A DNA stretch of 64,000 nt. It comes from Chloroflexota bacterium. Its GTDB lineage: Bacteria > Chloroflexota > UBA11872 > VXOZ01. Position numbers and translations under genes: made by a program. Positions 42,769-52,716 of this stretch are shown here, one piece after another. Each line of letters opens with the position of its first letter. Positions within the stretch are counted from its first letter, which is position 1. The stretch is from contig CAXXVD010000001.1 of the NCBI GenBank assembly GCA_963662335.2, forward strand, positions 576,001 to 640,000. Reading direction: 5' to 3'. The notes beneath the pieces are model-generated. The model had not been told where the DNA came from, did not search any database, and saw only the letters and a list, made by a program, of their open reading frames with translations.

Positions 42769-44220
42769 GTGGGACGTCTGTGGCTGGTTCTGTTGGTGCT
42801 ATTGCTGTGTCTGGCCGCTTGCGCGGAGGACAAAAGCGAGACCAGAAACAAGATCAATGAAGAGCAGGCACGTGAACTTGCGGAGCAGCGTCGTGAGCGC
42901 GACAGGATTGCCTATGAAGAGAAGCTAAAGGAGATTGAGGAACTTCGCAGGAAGCGCGACCAAGAGCTGATAGATAGCAATTTCGGGCATCCTCGCCTGC
43001 CGTGCGGAATGTCTCAGTTGGGCTATCCCCCGGTTGCCTACCACGACAATTTCTTGGTGTGGACGCCGGACGGTACACGTCTCATATTCGATGGAGGACC
43101 AGAGGCAATATGGGAGGTGAATACTGAAGGAACCGCGGTGAGAAGGCTCTTTGACATTAATCCAAATGGGAATCGACCCTACGTAGATGAGACTAAGTTA
43201 CCCTACGGCTTCTTTGCCGACGTTTCACCGAACGGAAAACTAATCGTCAGTGGCATTTGCAGGAATGACACTGGCAGGCCGATCGAACACTATGAGATCG
43301 CCGTATTCGACCTGCGCGATGGCGGGAGGCAGCTTCTCACGGACAATGCCATTCTCGACCGCTACCCGGTGTGGTCGCCGGACGGCAGCCGGATCGCCTA
43401 CGTTAGTTTCGCGAGATATTTTGGCTTACACCACCGACTCTACACAGTGGCAGCGGACGGGTCGGACAGGCGGATCGCGACTTCCGTGCCGGTTACGTTC
43501 TATCCGGCGCAAACTGCGGCTGAAGAGAAAGACGCAGCGGTACCCAAGTTAAGAGGAATTGCGCTGTTTCCGCCAGCGTGGTCACCGGACGGCAAGAAGC
43601 TGGCGTTCCTGGTATACGAAGAATCTGAAGTGAAGTACGATCCGCGTCGGAAGATACTCTACACCGTGCGGGCAGACGGTTCGGAGTTGGCACGGATAGC
43701 CGAGGATGTCGTAAGCGTGGCATCGTGGTCGCCGGACGGGCAACGGCTGGCGGTGGCCAAGTACGCCGGGGAAGCAAGAGAAGGCGTTGCGCTCTTCACG
43801 CTGGCAGCCGACGGTTCCGACGAGAAAGAGATTGCTACCATCACGGACAGCATCAGCGCATTCCGTAGCAGCTATGAGTGGAAAGTCCACACGGTGTCGT
43901 GGTCACCAGATGGGACACAGATCCTCTACTCCTGTGATGAGGGCGCGTGCGTTGTTACTTTGGAGGATGGGCAGGTGACCGGGTTGGTAACAGAACTGGA
44001 GTTGCGTGACAACGCGCCGTACATTGCAGCCTGGTCTCCCGATGGCACGCGCATCGCCGTATACGATCCAATTGGCCCCACAGCTAGCTATCCCGGCTAC
44101 GAGATGCCACCCGCGCTCTATACGGTGGCCCCAGACGGCACTGACCGTCACGATTTGCTACGCTTGGATGATAAGGGCAACCTGATGCCCGCGAACCCGC
44201 AACAATTAGAGGGATCATGA
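42769..44220 (+). CDS. TolB-like beta-propeller lipoprotein with charged coiled-coil stalk, copy 5 (type A)
   Basis: LAAC lipobox, E/R/K-rich helix, LPCGM, WSPDG repeats, YSCDEGAC. Confidence 0.85.
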   Translation: MGRLWLVLLVLLLCLAACAEDKSETRNKINEEQARELAEQRRERDRIAYEEKLKEIEELRRKRDQELIDSNFGHPRLPCGMSQLGYPPVAYHDNFLVWTPDGTRLIFDGGPEAIWEVNTEGTAVRRLFDINPNGNRPYVDETKLPYGFFADVSPNGKLIVSGICRNDTGRPIEHYEIAVFDLRDGGRQLLTDNAILDRYPVWSPDGSRIAYVSFARYFGLHHRLYTVAADGSDRRIATSVPVTFYPAQTAAEEKDAAVPKLRGIALFPPAWSPDGKKLAFLVYEESEVKYDPRRKILYTVRADGSELARIAEDVVSVASWSPDGQRLAVAKYAGEAREGVALFTLAADGSDEKEIATITDSISAFRSSYEWKVHTVSWSPDGTQILYSCDEGACVVTLEDGQVTGLVTELELRDNAPYIAAWSPDGTRIAVYDPIGPTASYPGYEMPPALYTVAPDGTDRHDLLRLDDKGNLMPANPQQLEGS

Positions 44221-44287
44221 TGGAAGTCTACGAGATGTCCCCTGCTCTCGCAGATGTCTTTGGCGGCTGAATGGCATTCTGTGAGCC

Positions 44288-44339
44288 GGTTTGCACACCA
44301 CTCCGTTCGACTTCATGTCGATTTACGGCCTCTGTCCAA
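44288..44339 (+). repeat. Conserved upstream motif, copy 6 (most diverged)
   Basis: TTGCACACCACTCCGTTCGACTTCATGTCGATTTACGGCCTCTG aligns loosely with the core. Confidence 0.55.
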
Positions 44340-44353
44340 TGCGTTATAAGGAA

Positions 44354-45733
44354 ATGGAGAGAAGGTTCGTGGATTTCGGACAAGAACAGACAAAACTGAC
44401 CCTGTTAGTAATTGTAATACTCGTCTTGGGTATGGTCGGCTGTGGGGAAGCAGCAGCACCTCCACATAAGCGAATAGTAAAGGATCATCCCGCATATCCT
44501 TGCGGTCCGTACTGGAACGGAGTTGGTTCCCTTGATGGTTTTCTCCATTGGATACCTGATGGCTCCGGTCTAATATTTGGACAGGAGGGGGAGATTTGGA
44601 CAACGGATAACAGCGGCAGTTCGCTGCGGCGGATTGCTCATTCCAGTTCCGACTACGAGTCTGCCATCGGCTCCTATGCGGATGTGTCGCCAAACGGCGA
44701 CAAGATCGTCTATGCGACGTGCGAGTATCGGACAGAAGAAGCCAGAGAATACGGATCAAATCCCGAGCGAAGCAAATACAACTTCGAGATCGCCGTTGTT
44801 GACTTGGCAAGCGGGGAAAAACAGCGGCTGACAACGAACGTGTACCTTGATCACTACCCGGTTTGGTCACCCGATGGCGCCCACATTGCTTTCATTGCAA
44901 ACCCACGCACTTGGGGCCGCTCCATAGGGGAAAACTCGGAAGTCTATATGATGAGGACGGATGGATCGGACGTGCGGCTGCTAGCTTCCACCTTAAACGA
45001 AGTGAGCACTGGGAGATGGGAAACAAACGCCATCGCAAACAGTCTGAAGAGATCCAAGGGAGAGAAGATTGAGGAATCTGTTGAGCCGTGGCTAGGCGCG
45101 GTAGCCTTGGCGCCGCCGGTGTGGTCCCCAGTCGGTGAGCACGTGGCTTTTCTGGTTGGAGAAGGTCCAGGCCCTAACTTACATGATCGGGCAGTTCTCT
45201 ATACGGTTCGGCCAGATGGATCGGAGTTGACACGGATTGCGGAAGCGATGTTCCCGCCGTCGTGGTCACCAGACGGCAACTTCCTTGTCTTCGTTAGGGC
45301 AGACGAGGAGGGCAAGGCCGCAGGCGTTTACACTGCCCGTCCCGATGGTACCGAACTAGCACAGATCCTGGCGACACAAGAACCTGAGTGGGTAATCACT
45401 CAAGTGCTGTGGTCACCGGATGGGCAGGAAATCCTTGCAGTCTCGGAGCAGCGGCTCGATTTTCTCCAGCCTGATGGCAGTGGTTTGCGAACTATCGACA
45501 TGGCGCTAGATCCAGAATCGCTCGCGGCTGGGCTCAGACCCAGCTTTGGGCTGATTGCCGCATGGTCGCCGGATAGCGCACGCATTGCCTTTTATGTCCC
45601 ACTTCACGAGCGCTATGAAGTGCCATTAACACTCTACACCCTGGCGCGAGACGGAAAAGACAGGCGCGACCTGGTCACTCTGGATGAAGACGGCAACCTG
45701 GCCCCAGCCAAGCCGCCACAGCAGTCCGAGTGA
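44354..45733 (+). CDS. TolB-like beta-propeller lipoprotein, copy 6 (type B)
   Basis: MVGC lipobox, YPCGP, WSPDG repeats, QILATQEPEW..FLQPDGSGLR. Confidence 0.85.
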   Translation: MERRFVDFGQEQTKLTLLVIVILVLGMVGCGEAAAPPHKRIVKDHPAYPCGPYWNGVGSLDGFLHWIPDGSGLIFGQEGEIWTTDNSGSSLRRIAHSSSDYESAIGSYADVSPNGDKIVYATCEYRTEEAREYGSNPERSKYNFEIAVVDLASGEKQRLTTNVYLDHYPVWSPDGAHIAFIANPRTWGRSIGENSEVYMMRTDGSDVRLLASTLNEVSTGRWETNAIANSLKRSKGEKIEESVEPWLGAVALAPPVWSPVGEHVAFLVGEGPGPNLHDRAVLYTVRPDGSELTRIAEAMFPPSWSPDGNFLVFVRADEEGKAAGVYTARPDGTELAQILATQEPEWVITQVLWSPDGQEILAVSEQRLDFLQPDGSGLRTIDMALDPESLAAGLRPSFGLIAAWSPDSARIAFYVPLHERYEVPLTLYTLARDGKDRRDLVTLDEDGNLAPAKPPQQSE

Positions 45734-45814
45734 TGACCTATGCAATAGCACTCGTTGCATTTGTACCGCACGGGTTGTTGGGAGTGTCCCTTCTCCTTTT
45801 TCCCCTACTCCTAC

Positions 45815-47329
<1,515 letters not shown>

Positions 47330-47357
47330 GACGACGCATTGGCGGGCTGAGGCGGCG

Positions 47358-48185
47358 CTAATGGTGGTCTACCCTGGGGCCGACTTCAAGCGCGCGCAGG
47401 TCGCGCACCATCTGCGCCAAGCCGCGCACCGCCGCCGCCAGGAACTTTTCGCCTTTTTCGGCAGTGGCCACCGTGGGATCGCCGCGAATGCCGGTCTTGG
47501 AAAACGTGCTCCAATAGGGCATGGCCGCCGCGTCGTTGGCGCCCTCCGGGCGGCCCGCCACCAGGTCGATCCATCCGCCCAGGCTCAGGGGCATTGCGGG
47601 CGGGATTTCCGCCGCCGCCTTATCCATGTAGACGTTCTCCGGGTCGATTGCCAGGTAGAGGCTCGTTTCGAATTCGCCGCCGTGGGCCATGCCGCCGTGG
47701 GGCGAATCGCGCAGTTCGGCCACCACCTTGCGCACCTCGGCGATGCCCCAGTGGTTCATGGCATACACTAGCCCGGCGCCGTCGGTCTCGATTACCGCCA
47801 GGCGCGCGGCAACCTCGGTAAAAGCGGTGTTGCTGCCGTGCCCGTTAAGGATGATGACGCGCTCGAAGCCGTGATGGATGAGCGATTTGCAAATGTCCAC
47901 CAGGTAGCGGATGAAAACGTGGCCGTCCACGTGGGTCACGCCGGGAAAGTCCAGGTGGTGCGGGTCGTAGCCGTGGGCGACCACGGGCACCACCACGCAC
48001 TCGTCCGGTATTGTCGCCCCTACGCGCTCGCAAATGGTCTCGGGCAGCAGCACGTCCACGTCCAGCGGCAGGTGCGGGCCGTGGTCCTCCACGCAGCCGG
48101 TGGGCAGCAAGGCCACCCGCTTCTGCGCCGCCGCTTCCTTGGTTTCCGGCCAGGTCATCTTGCCGTATAGGTATTTGGTTGCCAT
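47358..48185 (-). CDS. Creatininase / creatinine amidohydrolase family protein
   Basis: [42 protein letters not shown]. Confidence 0.92.
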   Translation of the reverse strand: MATKYLYGKMTWPETKEAAAQKRVALLPTGCVEDHGPHLPLDVDVLLPETICERVGATIPDECVVVPVVAHGYDPHHLDFPGVTHVDGHVFIRYLVDICKSLIHHGFERVIILNGHGSNTAFTEVAARLAVIETDGAGLVYAMNHWGIAEVRKVVAELRDSPHGGMAHGGEFETSLYLAIDPENVYMDKAAAEIPPAMPLSLGGWIDLVAGRPEGANDAAAMPYWSTFSKTGIRGDPTVATAEKGEKFLAAAVRGLAQMVRDLRALEVGPRVDHH

Positions 48186-48495
48186 GCGGTGGTCTCCCCT
48201 CTACTCATGGTCGCTCGTGGCGAATTGGTTGTGAGCGCGCAGCACACGTTCGATTATAGACTGTGCGGGGCGCGGGGTGTTTTTCTACGCGTGGTTTTCC
48301 CCGCTCTTGCGTCAGAGCGGGGCAAGAGGCGGGGGACAAGCCCCCGCGCTACGTTAGTGCGACAACATTGGGGACAAGCCCCCGCGCTACTGGAATTGCC
48401 GCGTCCGGGGAATCACAGAGGGCTGGCGCTCCGCCAGCCCTCTTCTCTATCCTTACATTGCCTCTGCATTCTGCGCCGGAGGCGGCTTTCGCCCT

Positions 48496-48747
48496 CTATT
48501 CGGCGGAAGGTGGTGGAGATGCCGGAGGAATAGTCTGCCTGCCCATGAGCCAGCCCTCGATAGCGGAAACACGTTGCTCCAATCCGCCCAATCTGTTTTC
48601 GATCTGCGTAAACCGGTTGTCGACCCGGTTTTCAAATTGCCGAAACTCATCGCACAGCTTGTTCTGTCCATCGATAACAAAGCGGATGATGGTAAGCGCA
48701 GCGACTACTATTGCCGCAAGTGTCGCCCAAAACTCGTAGTTATCCAC
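48496..48747 (-). CDS. Small protein with N-terminal TM helix and coiled coil
   Basis: GAGGAG RBS; hydrophobic N-terminus followed by FENRVDNRFTQIENRLGGLEQRVSAIEG heptads. Confidence 0.7.
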   Translation of the reverse strand: MDNYEFWATLAAIVVAALTIIRFVIDGQNKLCDEFRQFENRVDNRFTQIENRLGGLEQRVSAIEGWLMGRQTIPPASPPPSAE

Positions 48748-48951
48748 TTTACATCTCCTCGCGCCAATGCAATCACGTACGCCTCCTAGCCCGATTATAC
48801 AGGAGGAGGCGGATGTATGCTACGGGAAAGCGACGTTGCCCGACTGCCGACACGTAACCTCTCGAGAATTGCGCGGCGCATTGAAGGACAGAGGGCTGGC
48901 AAGACGCCAGCCCTCCGTTCTTCCTATTCAGCCCAGTTGCGTCCAGGGAGA

Positions 48952-50226
48952 TTAGTCTACCGCGACCTCCTCCATGCGGACGCTCTCGATGCCGCCGCCG
49001 GCGTACTTCCACACCTCGATGGGCGTAGCCACGTCGCCGTTGGCGTCGAAGTCGTGGGCGCCGGCCGCGCCCTCGTAGTTGATGCTGTTACCGGCCCGGA
49101 TGGCCGCGATGGCCGCCTTCACGCCGTCGGCGCCGGCCGCCGCCGCGTCACCGCCGGGATTGGCAACCGTGCGCAGCATGTCGCGCACCGCAGCGGGCGT
49201 AACCTCCGCGCCGGAGACTTCCACCGCCAGCGCCGCCAGCGCCGCGATGACGATCGAGTCATAGACGTTGGTCATGAACGGCAACGGCGGCAATTCGCCG
49301 TACTTGGCCTGGTAGTCCTCAGTGAAGAGCGCCAGCGACGGCGTATCGGCGGAACCGGGGGCCGTGCCCAACATGCCTTCCAGATTCTCAGCGCCGACCG
49401 CCTCGATGATCTCCTGCGATTTGGTGCCGTCCACAAAGAGGAACGTCTTGATGAAGTCGTTCTCGATGGCCTCGCGCAGGTAGATGGTGGCGTGGCCGGC
49501 GTAGCTCAGCGCCAGCAGCGCTTGCGGCTCGCCCTCGATCGCCCGGCGCAGTTCCGCCACGTAGCTGGGGGCGTCGGCTTCATCGTGGGGCACGGCGGCG
49601 CTCACCGTGCCGCCGGCCGCCTCGAACGCCGCCTGGAAGTTATCCTTCAAGCCCTGGCCGTAGGGATTGTTCACGTAGAGGATGGCCACGTTCGTGTAGC
49701 CCTGCTCGATGGCCACGCCCGCCAACACCACGCCTTGCAGCGCGTCCGAGGGCGCAGTGCGGAAGAGGAAGTCCTGGCCCTCGTCGGCGGGCAAAATCGT
49801 CAGCAGCGGTGAGGTAGAGGCGTACGAAATCTGCGGCACGCCCTTGGGAATCGTCACCGCCTCGGCCACCGCCAGACTGGCACTGCTGGCCGCCGCGCCC
49901 ACCACCGCGTGCACCTGGTCTACGTCCACCAGTTTGCGCGCCGCTTCTACGGCTGCGGTGGGATTGGTCTCGGTATCGCCGTAGACGATCTCAACCGCGT
50001 AGCCGCCGGCCGCCAGGTGGTCCGCGGCCAGGTCCGCCGCCTTCTGGAAGGCCGCGCCAAATTCGCCCAACGGCCCGGTAAAGGGCAGCAGCACGCCAAT
50101 CTTGACCGGGGCCGCCGGTTCTTCTTCAACGGCATCCGGCTCCGCGGCCGGCGTGGTCGCGCAAGCTGCCAACAGCAAGACGCTTGCGCTCAGGTACAGT
50201 GTCAACGTTCGCAAAAGTCGCAACAT
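48952..50226 (-). CDS. Branched-chain amino acid-type ABC substrate-binding lipoprotein (LivK/J-like)
   Basis: LAAC lipobox, KIGVLLPFTG, GAAASS, QISYASTSP, FRTAPSD..QG, NPYG. Confidence 0.92.
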   Translation of the reverse strand: MLRLLRTLTLYLSASVLLLAACATTPAAEPDAVEEEPAAPVKIGVLLPFTGPLGEFGAAFQKAADLAADHLAAGGYAVEIVYGDTETNPTAAVEAARKLVDVDQVHAVVGAAASSASLAVAEAVTIPKGVPQISYASTSPLLTILPADEGQDFLFRTAPSDALQGVVLAGVAIEQGYTNVAILYVNNPYGQGLKDNFQAAFEAAGGTVSAAVPHDEADAPSYVAELRRAIEGEPQALLALSYAGHATIYLREAIENDFIKTFLFVDGTKSQEIIEAVGAENLEGMLGTAPGSADTPSLALFTEDYQAKYGELPPLPFMTNVYDSIVIAALAALAVEVSGAEVTPAAVRDMLRTVANPGGDAAAAGADGVKAAIAAIRAGNSINYEGAAGAHDFDANGDVATPIEVWKYAGGGIESVRMEEVAVD

Positions 50227-50407
50227 TGCGATTACCTCCTCGCTAAGGTGTGCTCATCCGTCTAAGTCTAGGGTATAGCAGCCCACTTGTAGCGTCAACC
50301 ATTGCGGCGGGCACAACGAAAGACCGCCCGCATGACGACCCTGATTCTGGTAGCATACGCTAAAGTTGCATGTTTCTAAGCTAGCCGGAACGAGGGGGAG
50401 ACACGAC

Positions 50408-51412
50408 GTGCCGAAACCGGACGTATTCATTGCGATCACGCAGACGTTGCGGAGCAGCCTCTTTTCGCCGGAGAGTGAAGCGCGCCTGGCGGCGGCTTTC
50501 AATGTGCGCGGCGGTGACCACGACGAAAAGCTAACGAGCGCGGACCTGGCGGAACGAATTGGCGGCTGCACGGCGCTCATCACCGGCTGGGGCACGCCGG
50601 AGATTACGCCTGAAGTCTTGAGCGCCGCGAGCGACCTGCGCATTATCGCCCACAGCGCGGGCAGCGTGCGGCGGCTCATCCCCAAGGCGGCGCTGGCGCA
50701 AGGCATCGCCGTCACCCACGCCGCGCCCATGATTGCGGAAGCGGTGGCCGAGTTCACGGTGCTCGGCATGTTGCTGGGCTTGCGCTGGCCGCAGCGCCAG
50801 AACGCCTGGATGCACGCCGGCAAACCGTGGTCGGAGTGCCGCGCCACCGGCGGAAACCTGCTGGAAGCGCAGCGGGTGGGACTGATCGGCTGCGGCTACG
50901 TGGCGCAGCGCGTCATCGAGAAGCTAGCGGGCTTTGGGATGCCGATTAGCGTCTATGACCCGTATCTGCCGGACGAACGCGCGGCGGAACTCGGCGTGAC
51001 GCGGGTCTCATTGGCAACGCTCTTCAGCACGTGCCGCGTCATCGCCAATCACGCGCCCACCACGCCGGAGACGGACGGCATGGTGACGGCGGCGCACTTC
51101 GGGGCCATGCAAGACGGCGCGGTGTTCATCAACAACGCCCGCGCCAGGGCCATAGACCAAGACGCCATGACTGCCGAACTGGCCACCGGCCGCATCCGCG
51201 CCGTGCTGGACGTCTTCAATCCGGAACCGCTGGCTCCGGATAGCCCCCTGCGCGGCATGGAGAACGTCTTCCTGACCCCCCACATGGCGGGCCAGACCGA
51301 CGATACGCGCCTGCGCCAAGGCGCGGCCATGGTGGACGAGTTGGAAAGCTTCCTGAACGATGCGCCGCTGCGCTACCCGATTACGCTGGAAACCTACGAC
51401 CGGATGGCGTGA
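50408..51412 (+). CDS. D-isomer-specific 2-hydroxyacid dehydrogenase
   Basis: ITGWG, HSAGSV, VGLIGCGYVA, FINNARA, LDVFNPEP, LTPHMAG. Confidence 0.92.
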   Translation: MPKPDVFIAITQTLRSSLFSPESEARLAAAFNVRGGDHDEKLTSADLAERIGGCTALITGWGTPEITPEVLSAASDLRIIAHSAGSVRRLIPKAALAQGIAVTHAAPMIAEAVAEFTVLGMLLGLRWPQRQNAWMHAGKPWSECRATGGNLLEAQRVGLIGCGYVAQRVIEKLAGFGMPISVYDPYLPDERAAELGVTRVSLATLFSTCRVIANHAPTTPETDGMVTAAHFGAMQDGAVFINNARARAIDQDAMTAELATGRIRAVLDVFNPEPLAPDSPLRGMENVFLTPHMAGQTDDTRLRQGAAMVDELESFLNDAPLRYPITLETYDRMA

Positions 51413-51455
51413 GCGGGGCGTGAAAGGCAAGGAAGCCGCCAGCCGCGCGAGACGG

Positions 51456-51977
51456 TTAGGCTGACAGCAATTCGTCTCTCAGGACGATTGCCAAAACCGC
51501 TTCCACGTGCGCGCGCTCGATGCCCATCTCGTAAGCGCACACGGAAACGTGCCGTCGCCACTCGGCCGAGAGTCGGTTGGCTACGTACTCCCACGTAAAG
51601 TCGTTGACCTCAAAAGGCTCCAAGTTTTCGACTTCACGCAACAGTGGCGGCGCCAACTGCGTTGCCCAGCCGCGGGCGTTCAGTTTCGCCGCAATCTCCT
51701 CGCCAAACTCGCTCAGCCGATAGGGACTACTGCTCTCGATAGGCGAGCGGGGAGAAAGGTAGAGGAGTATTCGCTTGATGTCTTCTCTGACCTCTTTGGC
51801 GACGGTGGTGAACGCGGCCCGGTCTCTTTCCGCGTTTTCTTTCAAGCTGGCCAAGGTGCCGTCCACATTGGACGTCCAGCGGCTAACTTTCCATACAAAG
51901 ACAAAGACGCCAACGAGCGCTGAGCCGGCCGCCAAAGCCGCAATGACGATGAGAGGGGTGTTTAACCAGTCACCCAT
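51456..51977 (-). CDS. Hypothetical membrane-anchored protein (TM, short coiled coil, SSSPYRLSEFGE domain)
   Basis: Clean ORF with an N-terminal TM helix and somewhat lower GC than its neighbours. Confidence 0.65.
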   Translation of the reverse strand: MGDWLNTPLIVIAALAAGSALVGVFVFVWKVSRWTSNVDGTLASLKENAERDRAAFTTVAKEVREDIKRILLYLSPRSPIESSSPYRLSEFGEEIAAKLNARGWATQLAPPLLREVENLEPFEVNDFTWEYVANRLSAEWRRHVSVCAYEMGIERAHVEAVLAIVLRDELLSA

Positions 51978-52061
51978 GATCCGCCCCATCCTGCATAGAG
52001 AGCACGTCAACTGAGAAGTCTAACCGCATCTGCAGTCAGAATAGCACAAGATTTCGCACTG

Positions 52062-52697
52062 GTGAAGAATATCGGGCGTAGAAACCGTTACAGGTTCCGG
52101 CGTCGCAGAGCGAGCGGCGCCGCAAGGCTTCTCGTGAGTAGGCGCAGCATTGCTGTGCTCGCTTGCGCGTTGCTCCTGCTTGTCGTTCTGCAAAGAACGT
52201 GCGGCGGCGACGGCGGCAGTGTGCGGTTTTTCTTGGATTCCCCGTCACCCCGGCCCTCTCCTGCGGGGAGAGGAAGCGACGGCTATCCGGTCGTTGCAGT
52301 GGTGGACGGCGATACCGTGAACGTGCGCGTGAACGGCACGGTCGAGCCGGTGCGCCTGATCGGCATCGACGCGCCGGAAGCGCGCGCGCCAGGGAGAACG
52401 GCGCAGTGCTACGGCCCGGAAGCGAGCGCCGGGGCCGAGGCGTTGCTGCAGGGAAAGACCGTGCGCCTGGAGTTCGACGCCTCACAGGGCCGGCGCGACC
52501 GCTACGACCGCCTGCTGGCCTACGTCTGGGTGGGCCATACGCTGGTCAACGAGTCGCTGGTTCGCCGGGGCTACGCGCGGGAGTTCACGTTCGACGAACC
52601 GTATCGCTACCGGCAGTTGTTCCAGGCGGCGGAGGCGGAAGCGCGCGCCGCCGGCCGGGGACTATGGGCAGCCGATACCTGCGGCGGCAGCCGGTAA
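52062..52697 (+). CDS. Thermonuclease (staphylococcal nuclease-like) family protein
   Basis: VVDGDTV, VRLIGIDAPE, DRYDRLLAYV, VNESLVRRGYA, RGLW; N-terminal anchor. Confidence 0.93.
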   Translation: MKNIGRRNRYRFRRRRASGAARLLVSRRSIAVLACALLLLVVLQRTCGGDGGSVRFFLDSPSPRPSPAGRGSDGYPVVAVVDGDTVNVRVNGTVEPVRLIGIDAPEARAPGRTAQCYGPEASAGAEALLQGKTVRLEFDASQGRRDRYDRLLAYVWVGHTLVNESLVRRGYAREFTFDEPYRYRQLFQAAEAEARAAGRGLWAADTCGGSR

Positions 52698-52716
52698 TCA
52701 TCGTCCTGATCAGGAA

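Noticed and set aside
36722-45733. Integron, DGR or shufflon explanation for the propeller array
   Set aside because: The motif lacks attC RYYYAAC/GTTRRRY ends and extended dyad symmetry. No integrase, invertase or reverse transcriptase is in the window, all genes are co-oriented, and repeat differences are not adenine-specific.
36905-45733. Calling these genes tolB
   Set aside because: No TolB N-terminal domain is evident, there is no tolQRA/pal context, and they are lipoproteins in six copies.
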